From sequence record MW570842.1: a stretch of 43,407 nt of DNA; one strand, 5' to 3'. The position numbers and the translations under genes were made by a program. The notes beneath the pieces were generated by a model. The model had not been told where the DNA came from and did not search any database. It saw nothing but the letters and a program-made list of their open reading frames with translations. Every line of letters begins with the position of its first letter. Position 1 is the stretch's first letter. Positions 9,298-20,249 of this stretch are shown here, one piece after another. This DNA comes from Mycobacterium phage phiT45-1.

Positions 9298-12200
9298 TGG
9301 CCGATAAGACCAACATCGGGTACGCCATGCTCCCGGTGGCGCTGTCGTTCGAGAACATCACCAAGGAGATCGCCAGCAAGCTCGGCATACCCCTGAAAGC
9401 GGCGGGCACCAAGGCCGGTGTGGACGCGGGCGCGGCAATCGCCGCTGGCGTCGAGCAGGCCAAGGGCAAGGTCGAATCGTCCAGCGCCAAAGTCGCCACG
9501 GCCCTGAAGAAGATTGAGGACCAAACCGGCAAGGTCAAGGTGGCCGAGGCCCAGCTACAAGCATTGCGCGACAAGGGTGTCACCGACGCCGGGCGGCTGG
9601 CGGCGGCCGAAGAGAAGGTGGCCGCCGCACAGCGCAACCTCACGCAGGCCGAGAACACGCACACCAACGCCACGGGCGCGCTGCGCAACGCCCAAGTCAA
9701 CCTCGCCAAGGCCCAAAAGGATGCCGGGGATGCCGCCGAGGGCGCGGCGGTCAAGTTCGGCCTTCTCTCTCGCGTCAGCGGCGCCACCGGCAACGCGCTC
9801 GGCGCGGCGGCATCGGGAGCGCGCAGCCTGACCGGAAGCCTGGCAGGCGCGGCCGGCCTCGTCGGCGGGGTTGCCGCCGTGACCACCACCTTGACCAAGG
9901 CGCTCACTGTCGGGCTGGACTACACGCGGTCGATGAACACCATGCAGGCGGTATCGGGCGGCACCGCCGAGCAGATGGCGCAGGTGGGCGCGCGGGCACG
10001 CGAGCTGGGCAACGACATCAGCTTGCCGGGCACCTCGGCCAACGACGCCGCTGCGGCCATGACCGAACTGGCCAAGGGCGGGTTCGATGTTCAGCAGTCG
10101 ATGGACGCTGCCAAGGGCACGCTCCAGCTGGCGGCCGCTGCCGGTATCTCCGCCGCCGAGGCCGCCACCATCCAGTCCAACGCCCTGAACTCCTTTGGCC
10201 TGAGCGCCGACTACGCGGGCAAGATGTCCGACATTTTGGCCAACGCCGCCAACGCCTCCAGTGCCGAGATCACCGATATCGCCTATGGGCTCCAGGCAGG
10301 GTCGGCGGTGGCCAACCAATTCGGGATCAGCGCCAAGGACACCGCCGCGACGCTGGCGCTACTGGCCAACAACGGCATCAAGTCCTCCGATGCCGGTACG
10401 TTGCTCAAGTCCGCGCTGCTGCACCTGGCCGCACCGTCCGATCAGGCATCAGCTGCCCTCGATGCCCTCGGGGTGCAGGCCTACGACGCCCAAGGCAATT
10501 TCGTCGGGCTCGCCGCGCTCATGGGCCAGCTCCAGGAGGCATCCAAGCGGCTGACCCCGCAGATGTTCCAGGAGAACGCCGCCATCGCGTTCGGCTCAGA
10601 TGCGGCCCGCCTGGCGGGCATCGGCGCCAAGGAGGGCGCCGACGGATTCAACAAGATGGCCACGGCCATGGACCGCTCGGGGGCCGCTGCCGACGTGGCC
10701 GCCGCACGCACCAAGGGCCTGCCCGGTGCGGTGGAGCGCATCAGCAATGCGGTCGAGTCGTTCTCGCTGGCGCTCTACGACGTGATCAGCGGTCCGGCCC
10801 AACAGTGGGCCGACCGGCTCGCCGAGGGCATAGGCAAGGCCGAGGACGGATTTAAGGCGGCTGTCCCCTACGTCAAGGACTTCTTCAAGGAGATCGACCA
10901 ATCGGGCGTCATCGATCTGGTCAAGGGCGCGTTCTCCACGCTGCTGGACACCGTTACCGGCGTCGTGACAGCAGGGATCGCGGTCGGGCGGTTCTTCAAC
11001 GAGAACAAGGAGCTGGCCGGGGGCCTGGCGGTCATCCTGACCACACTGCTCGCGCCCGCGCTGGCGGCCATGGCGGTCTCGGCGGCATCGGCGGCCGCCG
11101 CCATGGTGGTCTCCGGCGCGACGACGGCCGGGTACTACGCCCTAGTCGCGGCCACCAAAGCGTGGACGATCGCACAGTGGCTACTCAACGCCGCAATGTC
11201 GGCCAACCCAATCAGCCTTATCGTCATCGGAATTGCTGCTCTTGCAGCTGGATTGATCTACGCCTACAAGCATTCCGAGACGTTCCGGCGCATCGTCGAT
11301 GCGGCCTGGAAAGGCATCAAGGAGGCCGCCTCAGCGGTCGTCGATTGGTTCACCAACACCGCGTGGCCTTTCCTGCAACGCGTTTGGGACGGAATCGCCG
11401 ACGGCTGGCGCGGCCTCGTGGACACCGCCGAAGGAGTATGGACCGGCATCCGCGACAAGTTCAACGCCATGGTCGATTTCTTCTCCAACCTGCCATCTGC
11501 CATCAAGGAGAAGGCAATTGGCATGTGGGACAGCATCAAAGACTCGTTCAAGTCGATGGTGAACGGGCTGATCATGATGTGGAACGCCATGGCCGCCAAG
11601 CTGACGTTCACCATGCCGGACATCCCCGGTGTCCCGCGTCGCGGCGAGAGCATCCAGCCCATTCCCTCGCTGCCGATGCTGGCCGCTGGCGGGGTTGCCG
11701 GCCGGACCACCGCAGGGCGCCTCTGGGGGCCGGGCAACGGCACCAGCGACTCGATCATCGGCGTTGATACACGCGGGTACCCAACAGCTTTGGTCTCCAC
11801 CGATGAGGGTGTAGTCAAGGCCGCGGCGATGCGCGGAAACGGCGCCGCCATCGTCGCGGCCCTCAATGCCGGATGGGTGCCCTCGGCAGAGTACCTGCGC
11901 GCGATGCTCATTGACGGCGGCCTGCCCCGCTATGCCGAGGGACTGAACCCCGGCGCCGATTTTCTGCGCACCACCATCATGCAGATGTGGCCCAAGATCA
12001 CTCGCATTGGTGGCCGCCGCTCCGAAGATGGCTACGGCGAACACAGCACGGGCAACGCCATCGACGTCATGATCCCCGACTACAACTCGCCCGAGGGCAT
12101 GGCGCTGGGCAATAGCGTGCTGGCCTTCTTGCAAAAGAACGCCTCCACTCTCGACGTAAACGGGATCATCTGGCGCCAAACCTCATACGGATACGGCGGC

Positions 12201-13160
12201 AGCTTCGCCACCGGGACCGGCATGCCCGATCGCGGCACCCCGACGCAGAACCACATGGATCACCTGCATGTGATCCTGGGCAAGGGGCGCGGCGTGGGTG
12301 CGGCCCCGACTGCTGCGCCGACGGCGGCGCTCTCCGGCGGTGCGGGCGTGGCCGCTCCGCTGTCGGCGGGCGGCGGTGCCGGTGGCGGCATCCCCGCTGG
12401 TGCGACTGCTGGCGTTGGCCCCAACGGTGAAGCGGGCTACTACCAGAGTGATCCGCGCAAGGTGCGCGACGCCGAGCAGAAGGTGGCCGACGCCGATGAC
12501 CGAGTGAAGCGCGCCGAGCAGCGGGTGGCCGAGTTGGGCAAGAAGGCCAAGGAGTCCGAGCGGATGACCGCGCAGGACAACCTGGAGAAGGCCAAACGTG
12601 AAGCCCGCGATGCCCGAGATGACTTGGAGCAGACCAAAAGGGGCAAGTTCACCGAGACGAGGCAACCCAAGGGCGGCAATGGTATTGGCGGTGCCGGTGG
12701 CGGCGGTGACCTCAGCGGTGCGGGCGGCATCTTCGGATCGTTCCTCAAGGAGACATTCGGGCTTGACGGGTCATGGCTGCCGGACATCTCAAACTTCGGC
12801 CCCCTCAAGATGTTTGACTCATTCATGACGGCCTTCAAGGGGCCGATCCAGGGTGCCATCGACGGGCAGCTCGGCATCCAGCAACCCGGCTGGACACCCG
12901 GCTCGGACTGGCAGCCGTCCTCGGCGGCCCCGGTGTCCGCTGGCGGTACCGCCGCGCCCGGTCAGGGCAACGCCCCCGGCACCGAGGGCGGTCTGAACAT
13001 CGCGGGCCTGAACCTGCCCGGTTTCGCACCGCCCAACGTCGATGCCTCAATCCAGGTCACCGCGAACGGTCCCGGCGCCGACGAGATCGCCACGGCGGTA
13101 CGCCGCGCCGCACCCGACCAGCAGACGCGGCTGGGCGCTGCGATCCCGACGGGCTTCTGA
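9294..13160 (+). CDS. tape measure protein (1288 aa) with embedded metallopeptidase-like motif
   Basis: Largest ORF, Ala/Gly-rich coiled regions, position after the chaperones. The internal segment GEHSTGNAIDVMIPDY...HMDHLHV resembles the lysin A M15 zinc-ligand motifs. Confidence 0.9.
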   Translation: MMADKTNIGYAMLPVALSFENITKEIASKLGIPLKAAGTKAGVDAGAAIAAGVEQAKGKVESSSAKVATALKKIEDQTGKVKVAEAQLQALRDKGVTDAGRLAAAEEKVAAAQRNLTQAENTHTNATGALRNAQVNLAKAQKDAGDAAEGAAVKFGLLSRVSGATGNALGAAASGARSLTGSLAGAAGLVGGVAAVTTTLTKALTVGLDYTRSMNTMQAVSGGTAEQMAQVGARARELGNDISLPGTSANDAAAAMTELAKGGFDVQQSMDAAKGTLQLAAAAGISAAEAATIQSNALNSFGLSADYAGKMSDILANAANASSAEITDIAYGLQAGSAVANQFGISAKDTAATLALLANNGIKSSDAGTLLKSALLHLAAPSDQASAALDALGVQAYDAQGNFVGLAALMGQLQEASKRLTPQMFQENAAIAFGSDAARLAGIGAKEGADGFNKMATAMDRSGAAADVAAARTKGLPGAVERISNAVESFSLALYDVISGPAQQWADRLAEGIGKAEDGFKAAVPYVKDFFKEIDQSGVIDLVKGAFSTLLDTVTGVVTAGIAVGRFFNENKELAGGLAVILTTLLAPALAAMAVSAASAAAAMVVSGATTAGYYALVAATKAWTIAQWLLNAAMSANPISLIVIGIAALAAGLIYAYKHSETFRRIVDAAWKGIKEAASAVVDWFTNTAWPFLQRVWDGIADGWRGLVDTAEGVWTGIRDKFNAMVDFFSNLPSAIKEKAIGMWDSIKDSFKSMVNGLIMMWNAMAAKLTFTMPDIPGVPRRGESIQPIPSLPMLAAGGVAGRTTAGRLWGPGNGTSDSIIGVDTRGYPTALVSTDEGVVKAAAMRGNGAAIVAALNAGWVPSAEYLRAMLIDGGLPRYAEGLNPGADFLRTTIMQMWPKITRIGGRRSEDGYGEHSTGNAIDVMIPDYNSPEGMALGNSVLAFLQKNASTLDVNGIIWRQTSYGYGGSFATGTGMPDRGTPTQNHMDHLHVILGKGRGVGAAPTAAPTAALSGGAGVAAPLSAGGGAGGGIPAGATAGVGPNGEAGYYQSDPRKVRDAEQKVADADDRVKRAEQRVAELGKKAKESERMTAQDNLEKAKREARDARDDLEQTKRGKFTETRQPKGGNGIGGAGGGGDLSGAGGIFGSFLKETFGLDGSWLPDISNFGPLKMFDSFMTAFKGPIQGAIDGQLGIQQPGWTPGSDWQPSSAAPVSAGGTAAPGQGNAPGTEGGLNIAGLNLPGFAPPNVDASIQVTANGPGADEIATAVRRAAPDQQTRLGAAIPTGF

Positions 13161-14227
13161 TGGCGCTACCGGCCGACACCTCCTGGGGTGCGCTTCCCGA
13201 GCGGATGCGCGCCGAGCACATCGAGTGCCGCATCATCGACACGACCGGCAACGTGTGGCACCTGTCCGGTCCCAACGCGGGCGTCGAGGGCGCCATGATC
13301 AACGGCGCCATTGACGGGCTCGGGGAGATCCCCGGCAAGGGCGTGTGGTCCGAGACCGCCAACAGCGCCCCCTACTTCGAGCGGTGGATCGACGGCCGCC
13401 ACGAGATCGCATTCCGGGCGCTATTGATCGATGATCACGCATTCGGCTGGTATGGCACGCGCCGACGGTTCATGGACGGCCTCAAGGTCGATACACCCTC
13501 GTGGTTCACCGTCACCTCACGCCTGTACGGCGAGGTCTGGTTGCCGGTGCTGCGCGACTCGGTGCACACCATCTACGAGGACGACCCGACCGCCGATGAC
13601 ACCAACTACAGCCTTCATGAGCTGGTGCTGGCGGCCTCTGGTGATCCCCGCTGGCGGCGGCCCGACCGGGTGGGCATGTGGCAATCGACCAACGGGCAAA
13701 AGGTCGGCTCGATCCGTGTGGTCAATCGCAGTGACGTACCGATCAGGCCCTACTTCATCTGCGAAGCACCAGGACGGATCAAGCTGCCCGATGGGCCGGC
13801 CGCTGTCATCACCGCCCCGGACGCCGAGGACCACATCGACTTTCCCGGCCTGCTCGGACTGTTCGGCTTGTCCTGGCTCACCCCGCGCGGTCTGCGTCGG
13901 CACCGCGAGCCCGAGATGGTCATCGACTTCACGCTCTACGAGGACGAGCACACCCTTATCGACACCGACCCCTGCAACCGCATCGCCATCAGCGACAAAG
14001 ACCCGGTGGACAACATCGGGTTGCAGTTCATCCGCAACTCCGAGATCGCTTCACTGATCACCGGAAACGCTGGCGAGCGCGGCCAAACCATCATGGAACG
14101 GCTACGCGGGCAGGGCTTCTCGGTGCCGATCCCGGCGCGGTCGGAGGCCTCGCTGCCGGTCTATCACTCCCGACCCGGTGGCCGCATCTGGTGCGTGGTA
14201 CCCCAGAGGTTCGACCATGCCACCTAG
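13160..14227 (+). CDS. minor tail protein (distal tail-like, 355 aa)
   Basis: Immediately after the tape measure gene. Synteny. Confidence 0.65.
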   Translation: MALPADTSWGALPERMRAEHIECRIIDTTGNVWHLSGPNAGVEGAMINGAIDGLGEIPGKGVWSETANSAPYFERWIDGRHEIAFRALLIDDHAFGWYGTRRRFMDGLKVDTPSWFTVTSRLYGEVWLPVLRDSVHTIYEDDPTADDTNYSLHELVLAASGDPRWRRPDRVGMWQSTNGQKVGSIRVVNRSDVPIRPYFICEAPGRIKLPDGPAAVITAPDAEDHIDFPGLLGLFGLSWLTPRGLRRHREPEMVIDFTLYEDEHTLIDTDPCNRIAISDKDPVDNIGLQFIRNSEIASLITGNAGERGQTIMERLRGQGFSVPIPARSEASLPVYHSRPGGRIWCVVPQRFDHAT

Positions 14228-15914
14228 CGCCATGACCGGCGCGGTGATGGACCGGCTGGAGTCCCAGCGGTACGCCTACATCAACAGACCGCCCCAAGTT
14301 CCGCTCTTTCGGGTGTGGGATAAGGACTTTCGTCTGTTGTGCCAGATCGCCGACCCCGAAGAGGCGGTTTGGGAAGAGCTCGACGACAAGGTAGGCGGCG
14401 CTCAGGTCACCATCGCCGGGAAGCGGTTCGCCTGGCTGCGCAAGCTCATCACGCGGGACATCCCGTATGACGAGAACCTGATGCTGACGGTGGACCCCGA
14501 TGTCACCAACCCGCACGATTACAAGGCGCGGTGGGGTGGCTGGATCGATGACATCGACGACATCGTGGAGGCCGGACAACCAACTCGAACAGTGTTGAAG
14601 TGCACCAGCTTCCGTGATCACCCATCGTTCATTTCCGTAGCCAGTAACCCTATCTTCCCGCCCGAGGTGCAGGCGCCCAAGATTTTCATGAATGGCGGCC
14701 CGACCGCCTGGACCTGTGCAAGTACGGCTTTTATCAACCTGTTTCGCATCTACACTCTCAACGGGTTTCATCCGATCCCGCGAAACCTGTTCGCCCCCAA
14801 GACATGGCTGGAAAACCTGCATATCTTGAATTGGCCGATTCAGGTTATGCCGATGGTGCCGTTGCTGGACCAGACGCGGTGGTGTGTGCTCTCTTCGCGC
14901 TGGAAGTCGCTGGAAGAGGCGCAGGCGCCACTGCTCAAGGACGCGGGCGTGACGTGCCGCGCCTACACGTGGCTGCCCACAGATCCGGCCCCGTACACCA
15001 TGTTTGGCCCCGAACTGGCCGAGATCTTCCGACCCAAGCGGGCCTGCATCATCTTGTCCTACGAGGACAACTCGGGCGTCGGCGGCCCCACGGGAACGCT
15101 GATCGATGGCGCCATGAACCTCATCGCAGCAACACTGGATGACTTTCTGGCATCTACCATCATCCCGCTGGACCAAGACGGCGACGGCATCCCCGATCCG
15201 TTCATCCGCAAGCTGCTCGGCGTAGCACCCAAGCCATCCCCCTACACATACCGCGACGCAGAGCACGGCGGTATCCGCAAGTCCACCATGTCAATTCACA
15301 AGCGGCGCGCCGTCACCATCCTGACCGGCGGCAAGAGCCCGGCATGGCTCAACCAGGCCATCAGCTTCATGATCCGCTACGGCCTGGCCCAGCTTTCCCA
15401 GGTGATCAACTACGGCCTGGGCGCCTACCAGCAATACGGTGTCAACGGACTTGACAACCTCTATCAGGGGCAGCTCGACGACGTGTTTTTGCCGTTCATG
15501 CAGTGGCGCAACCCATTTGCCTCCGCGAAGGCCGGACCCTATGCCCGCAACGAGTTCATGGCATCGGGCTCCGGATCGGCGTACACCGTCAGCTCAATAC
15601 AGGCCATCGCCGACGGCGACCACAAGAACCGCGCCTATGTCTCGTTCAACCAGGACGTGGGCGATGTGGCACCGTTCGTGATTGACAAGGATTTCGGCCT
15701 GGGACACCGGGTCAACGTCGAGCGTTCCGAGATCCTGTACACCGAGCAGGTAAAGGGCATCCGCCGCACCCTCAAGCGCGGTGAGCCCTGCCGCCCAACA
15801 CTTCTCGTGGGCGATGACACCCGCGAGGAAGACGGGCTATTGAGGGCATTTCGCACCATCGGCGACGTGGCCAACTTCGCCGCAACCATCGCATCCGCAG
15901 GAGGCATGTTCTAG
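14217..15914 (+). CDS. minor tail protein (about 566 aa)
   Basis: Track ORF 14178..15914. The likely start is the ATG at 14217 (MPPSAMTG) or 14231, overlapping the upstream stop. Confidence 0.65.
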   Translation: MPPSAMTGAVMDRLESQRYAYINRPPQVPLFRVWDKDFRLLCQIADPEEAVWEELDDKVGGAQVTIAGKRFAWLRKLITRDIPYDENLMLTVDPDVTNPHDYKARWGGWIDDIDDIVEAGQPTRTVLKCTSFRDHPSFISVASNPIFPPEVQAPKIFMNGGPTAWTCASTAFINLFRIYTLNGFHPIPRNLFAPKTWLENLHILNWPIQVMPMVPLLDQTRWCVLSSRWKSLEEAQAPLLKDAGVTCRAYTWLPTDPAPYTMFGPELAEIFRPKRACIILSYEDNSGVGGPTGTLIDGAMNLIAATLDDFLASTIIPLDQDGDGIPDPFIRKLLGVAPKPSPYTYRDAEHGGIRKSTMSIHKRRAVTILTGGKSPAWLNQAISFMIRYGLAQLSQVINYGLGAYQQYGVNGLDNLYQGQLDDVFLPFMQWRNPFASAKAGPYARNEFMASGSGSAYTVSSIQAIADGDHKNRAYVSFNQDVGDVAPFVIDKDFGLGHRVNVERSEILYTEQVKGIRRTLKRGEPCRPTLLVGDDTREEDGLLRAFRTIGDVANFAATIASAGGMF

Positions 15915-16357
15915 TGACCGACGCTCTGGTCTTCCCCGAATTCCCCTATGACCGCAAGTTCACGCGCGCTGAGATCGACGAGATTACCGACGAAGCACGC
16001 AAGCTCGCCGACGCCCTGCGCGACGGCCAGGCCCCCAACGGCGCCACACTGTGGATCGACGAGAGCATGCTCCAACTCTGGTGCGTGCACGGCGTTTTGG
16101 CCGGTGTGCGGGTGCATCCGGATCTGGCGTACATCGTGGCCATCAAGCAGCCCGACCAGCACGCGGTATTCGAGGACTCGGTGCAGTGGGTGCTGCGCGA
16201 GGACGCGCCCGAGATCGATCCCGAACAGGACGAGGCCGAGGCCGAGCGGATTGCCACCGCACTGACGCAACGACTTCCCGACGAGGTGCGCCGTCTGGTG
16301 GCGCAGAAGATGACCGAGGCCTTCAACGAGGCGAACAAGGAGGACAGCCGTGGTTGA
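15914..16357 (+). CDS. minor tail protein (147 aa)
   Basis: Synteny within the tail block. Acidic. Confidence 0.5.
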   Translation: MTDALVFPEFPYDRKFTRAEIDEITDEARKLADALRDGQAPNGATLWIDESMLQLWCVHGVLAGVRVHPDLAYIVAIKQPDQHAVFEDSVQWVLREDAPEIDPEQDEAEAERIATALTQRLPDEVRRLVAQKMTEAFNEANKEDSRG

Positions 16358-17453
16358 CGTATTGCCCAGTGCCCCAGTCTGGCTGGGTGATCATCGCGGA
16401 TTGTTGAGGTTCTACGCCTACCAGCGCAAGCCCGGTGACCCGCCCCAAACCATCGGCACCTTCACCCTCGATTCCGAGGATGCCGTGGTGGTGCTCAACG
16501 CGCTCAAGGGCGAAAAGGGCGAGCCGGGCACCCCCTCGCCCATCATCCGTCCACAGTGGGGCCACGGCTATTCCAGCGTCGCGGCGCTGCACGCCGGAGA
16601 GAACGCCCTGACGACGCTCGACGCGGGCCGCGCCTGGTACCTCAACGGCACCTGGAACATCTGGACCGGCAGCGCATGGCGCCAGGAGCAGGGCAGCCTG
16701 GAGGGGCCTCCCGGCCCCACCCCGGACCTGTCGATGTCCGCCGAGATCGTCCCGCAGCCGGTCTCTGGGCCGTACGGCGAGATCGTGGTGGACCGCAGCG
16801 GTACCGACGAAGATCCACACTTTCACCTCAAGATCCCCGGCATTCCCGGTCCGCAGGGCGACAACTCCACGATCCGGGGCTCGCTGGACTACGACAACAG
16901 CGCGGACCCGCTCGATGGCCAGGGCATCGTCTTTGACATCACCAGCGGCAAGTTCAAACCCGGCGATATGTCTCCCTACGCCGCCGAGCTGTACACGATC
17001 CCGCAGGGCGCATTCCAAAACGGCAGCTTCTCCACGGGCGAGCAGATCATCGCGCAACTGACAATCGAGGCACGCTCGACAGCCTGGTACCCCGACGTGA
17101 TGGGCCACGTGCGGTGGCGCCGCGCCATCTTGTCCTCGGCGCAGGTACAGATCGAGGTCCGCATCGAACCGGAAAACAGCTCACCGTCGGTGCCGGGCAA
17201 CGCCCCGATCTGCGCGCTGGGGCCATTTGACCCGTCCACGCTGGACACCACGACCGTCTCGCACATCGCCCCGCACTTCTCCCACGAAGGCGACCCGATG
17301 CGCGCGGTGTCGCCCACCTCGGCGGTCGGGCGCATCCCGGCCGGCCAGGCGGTGAACGTCTATGTGATCGCCCGCCGCATCGGCGGCAACGGTTCGTACA
17401 TCATCGACGCCGAATGGTCCCAGCTGGCCCTGCGCGCCTACCCCGTGAGCTGA
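16350..17453 (+). CDS. minor tail protein with collagen-like Gly-X-Y segment (367 aa)
   Basis: GTG start. Contains GEKGEPGTPSP and GIPGPQGDN tracts. Confidence 0.55.
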   Translation: MVDVLPSAPVWLGDHRGLLRFYAYQRKPGDPPQTIGTFTLDSEDAVVVLNALKGEKGEPGTPSPIIRPQWGHGYSSVAALHAGENALTTLDAGRAWYLNGTWNIWTGSAWRQEQGSLEGPPGPTPDLSMSAEIVPQPVSGPYGEIVVDRSGTDEDPHFHLKIPGIPGPQGDNSTIRGSLDYDNSADPLDGQGIVFDITSGKFKPGDMSPYAAELYTIPQGAFQNGSFSTGEQIIAQLTIEARSTAWYPDVMGHVRWRRAILSSAQVQIEVRIEPENSSPSVPGNAPICALGPFDPSTLDTTTVSHIAPHFSHEGDPMRAVSPTSAVGRIPAGQAVNVYVIARRIGGNGSYIIDAEWSQLALRAYPVS

Positions 17454-17454
17454 C

Positions 17455-19920
17455 ATGCCCAGAGTGGTTGACCGGCGCCCGCGCCGGGTCGCAGACAAAG
17501 ACCCCCTCGCCGGGCTACTGGGCTATGACCTCACCGAGGCCGCCGAGTACGCCGGTCAGGGCATCCGCGACTTCATGTTGCAGATCCGCGACACGTGGGC
17601 ACAGTGGCTCAGGGACGCCACGGGAATCGACCTGACGGCCGCCAATGAGTTTTTCGATTACCTTGTCTCCGAATTTCTTTCACGCAGCCAGCTCGACCTA
17701 TCGAGCCCGCAGAAGTTCGTCGAAAGCCTCGGCGACCTACTGCGGACCGGCGCCGAGGAACTGTTTAACAACAGCGTCATCGCTATCTCGCGTATCGGCA
17801 ACATCATCCAGGACTTGATCAACGGTGCGGGCGAGTTCCTGACCGCCGACAGCGTGAAAAGCAATCCGTTCTGGTCTTGGGATTCCGTGATGCCCGGCTT
17901 TATCTCGGGCGGTTCAATTCGCGCGACCGCCAACGGCACACAGCAGGTCATGCGTTCAGAACCTTTCCGGGTTTTCCCTGGCCAGACCTTGGAGCTGCGC
18001 GCGGCCTCGCAATGGACCGGCGCCAGCGCCACCCCCGGATCAAACCCGGTCAAGGTCGGATTCACCCCGTTCGATGAGGCGGGCAATCCGCTGGCCGATG
18101 TCATTCGCGGCACCTTGCAACCCTCCGGTGATCATGGCTGGCAATGGGTTCCAGTACAAGAGAAATGGCCGGTGCCCACCGGAGTCAAGTACGTCTCGCA
18201 GCTGCTCATTCTCGATAGCGGCGCGACCGCTGGAACCTTCCGATTCTCCAATGCCTCGGCGTGGGCGTCGAACCTGCTGGACCTACGGTTGGTCAAGGAC
18301 CTGCGCGAAATGGTCGATGCTGTTGGGGGAGCGGTCAATTCCGGTGTGCACGACATTGAAGAGCGCTTGCAGGCGATCACCGCTGACGGCAAGATCACCG
18401 CGACCGAGATTGTCGGCCTGATTCAGCAGGCCCAAGTCTCGGGTCTGGTGATCATCCAAACGGTTCTCAATCAGATCCGCGACGTTGTCAACGGCAACGT
18501 GGTCACGCCCATCAACAATATCGTGCAGGACTTCATCGCCTGGTTTGGCTTGAATCAGAACAAGACTCAGAAGCTCACCAGCGGTGGCTACTTGAGCACA
18601 TCCGATGTAGTCGGCAATTTCGATATGAGCCGGGTCGATGATCTTGTCGATAACCTCGGCAACATCCTGTCCGGGGTCAAGGACGGCGCCGACGGCGTGG
18701 GCACTGGCACCACGGGCGCTATCGGGGATCGCATCAATCAGGCCAAGGACTCGCTACTGGCGCTGCTGGGCCTGTCGCAAGACGCGCTCAAGAGCGCTAT
18801 CGCCGCACAGACCACGTTGCAAGAGCAGGAGACCGAGCAGAACACCGGCGACGGCAACAGCTACAGTTTCGTGTTCTCCGGGGCAGACGGGGCCGCGCTG
18901 AATGCGACCGATTGGACCACCGGCCCCACGCCCGGCGATATCACCATCAGGGGCGACTCGGGATATGCGGGCGTCAAGAACGGCAACCCTGACGGGTACT
19001 ACTTCGCCAGCCCCAACTACACCTATGCCAGCGACGGACAGTCGGCCTCATTCGTGCTCGGCAACACCCAAAACGGAAACTACTACTCCGGGGTGTTCAT
19101 TCGCTGCAACGCCGATCGCACCACCGGCGCCTACTGCCTGGCCAAAGAGGGCGAGGTCCTCGTCGGCAAGTTCACCCGCTCGGGCACCAGCTGGACGTTC
19201 GCCACACCGATGACCTTTCAAGGCGGGCTGTCATCGGTCAAACAGGGCGCCCGTATCGAAATCCGTTGCAGCGGCAACAACTTCTTTGTCCGCGTGAACG
19301 GCAAGCCGGTCACCTCAGCGACCGATGTCGCGGGCGCCATCGCAACCGGCCCGGACTATCGATACGCCATGTTCTGTGTTCAGCGGGCAACGTCGTGGTT
19401 CACCTATGACTCCTACCGCATCGCAGCATTCGCGATGTCCGATTACAGCCCCTCGGGAGGTAGTGCCACCTTGTCGAACGCGTGGAGCCTAACCCGCTCG
19501 TCCACATCGGGTTTCACCTATACCGACCCCATCACCTCAGCGGGCCTGCTACCGGCGTCGTTTTTCACCTTCACCGACTACGCCAATGGCGTCACCATCA
19601 CCGACCTTGGCCGGGGCGCGGTGACCGTGGACCAAGCCGGGCTCTACAAGCTGGCAACCACGTGTCGCCCGTACTCGGCCAAGGGGCCGGTGACCCCGCA
19701 TTGGTGCCTGTACCGCAACGATGTTCAGGTCACCGGAGCTATCGGCCCCGGCGCCGAATTCGAGATCCTGCTCAACGCGGGCGACAAGATTCAACCCGCC
19801 CTGATCGTTGTCGATTACGACGTGCGCTCTAACGGCTCCACCGGCTCGGAGACCGTTGTCTCGCGCACCATCACCCAAGTATTCGGCGTGGCCTCCTTCA
19901 CGGGCCGAAAACTCATCTGA
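17455..19920 (+). CDS. minor tail protein (821 aa), probable tail fibre / receptor-binding
   Basis: Large ORF in the tail block. The C-terminal half is beta-rich and Gly/Thr/Ser-rich. Confidence 0.65.
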   Translation: MPRVVDRRPRRVADKDPLAGLLGYDLTEAAEYAGQGIRDFMLQIRDTWAQWLRDATGIDLTAANEFFDYLVSEFLSRSQLDLSSPQKFVESLGDLLRTGAEELFNNSVIAISRIGNIIQDLINGAGEFLTADSVKSNPFWSWDSVMPGFISGGSIRATANGTQQVMRSEPFRVFPGQTLELRAASQWTGASATPGSNPVKVGFTPFDEAGNPLADVIRGTLQPSGDHGWQWVPVQEKWPVPTGVKYVSQLLILDSGATAGTFRFSNASAWASNLLDLRLVKDLREMVDAVGGAVNSGVHDIEERLQAITADGKITATEIVGLIQQAQVSGLVIIQTVLNQIRDVVNGNVVTPINNIVQDFIAWFGLNQNKTQKLTSGGYLSTSDVVGNFDMSRVDDLVDNLGNILSGVKDGADGVGTGTTGAIGDRINQAKDSLLALLGLSQDALKSAIAAQTTLQEQETEQNTGDGNSYSFVFSGADGAALNATDWTTGPTPGDITIRGDSGYAGVKNGNPDGYYFASPNYTYASDGQSASFVLGNTQNGNYYSGVFIRCNADRTTGAYCLAKEGEVLVGKFTRSGTSWTFATPMTFQGGLSSVKQGARIEIRCSGNNFFVRVNGKPVTSATDVAGAIATGPDYRYAMFCVQRATSWFTYDSYRIAAFAMSDYSPSGGSATLSNAWSLTRSSTSGFTYTDPITSAGLLPASFFTFTDYANGVTITDLGRGAVTVDQAGLYKLATTCRPYSAKGPVTPHWCLYRNDVQVTGAIGPGAEFEILLNAGDKIQPALIVVDYDVRSNGSTGSETVVSRTITQVFGVASFTGRKLI

Positions 19921-19940
19921 CACCACAGGAGAACTCACCG

Positions 19941-20249
19941 ATGACCTCACCGCAAGCACCAGCCACCGTCGATGATGACGAGGATCTGATAGACCCTCCG
20001 GCCCCCTCGCCCACCCCAGATCCGCCAGCACCGGAACTGCGGCAGGAACCGCCCACGCCACCGCAGACGCCAACCACGCCCGAGCCAAGCACCACATTCA
20101 CCATGCCCGAGCTGCCCGGAATCACTTTCGCCGTAATCCGCGGCGGACTAGATCACGAGGGTAAGACCAACCCCGCCAACTGGATTGAAATCACCGGCAC
20201 CGATGACGGTGGAAACATGGTCTCTCGAGTGGGGTTCGCGGGGCCGTAA
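19941..20249 (+). CDS. proline-rich hypothetical / minor tail protein (102 aa)
   Basis: PxxP-rich N-terminal half (PPAPSPTPDPPAPE...). Preceded by GGAGAA SD-like sequence. Confidence 0.45.
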   Translation: MTSPQAPATVDDDEDLIDPPAPSPTPDPPAPELRQEPPTPPQTPTTPEPSTTFTMPELPGITFAVIRGGLDHEGKTNPANWIEITGTDDGGNMVSRVGFAGP

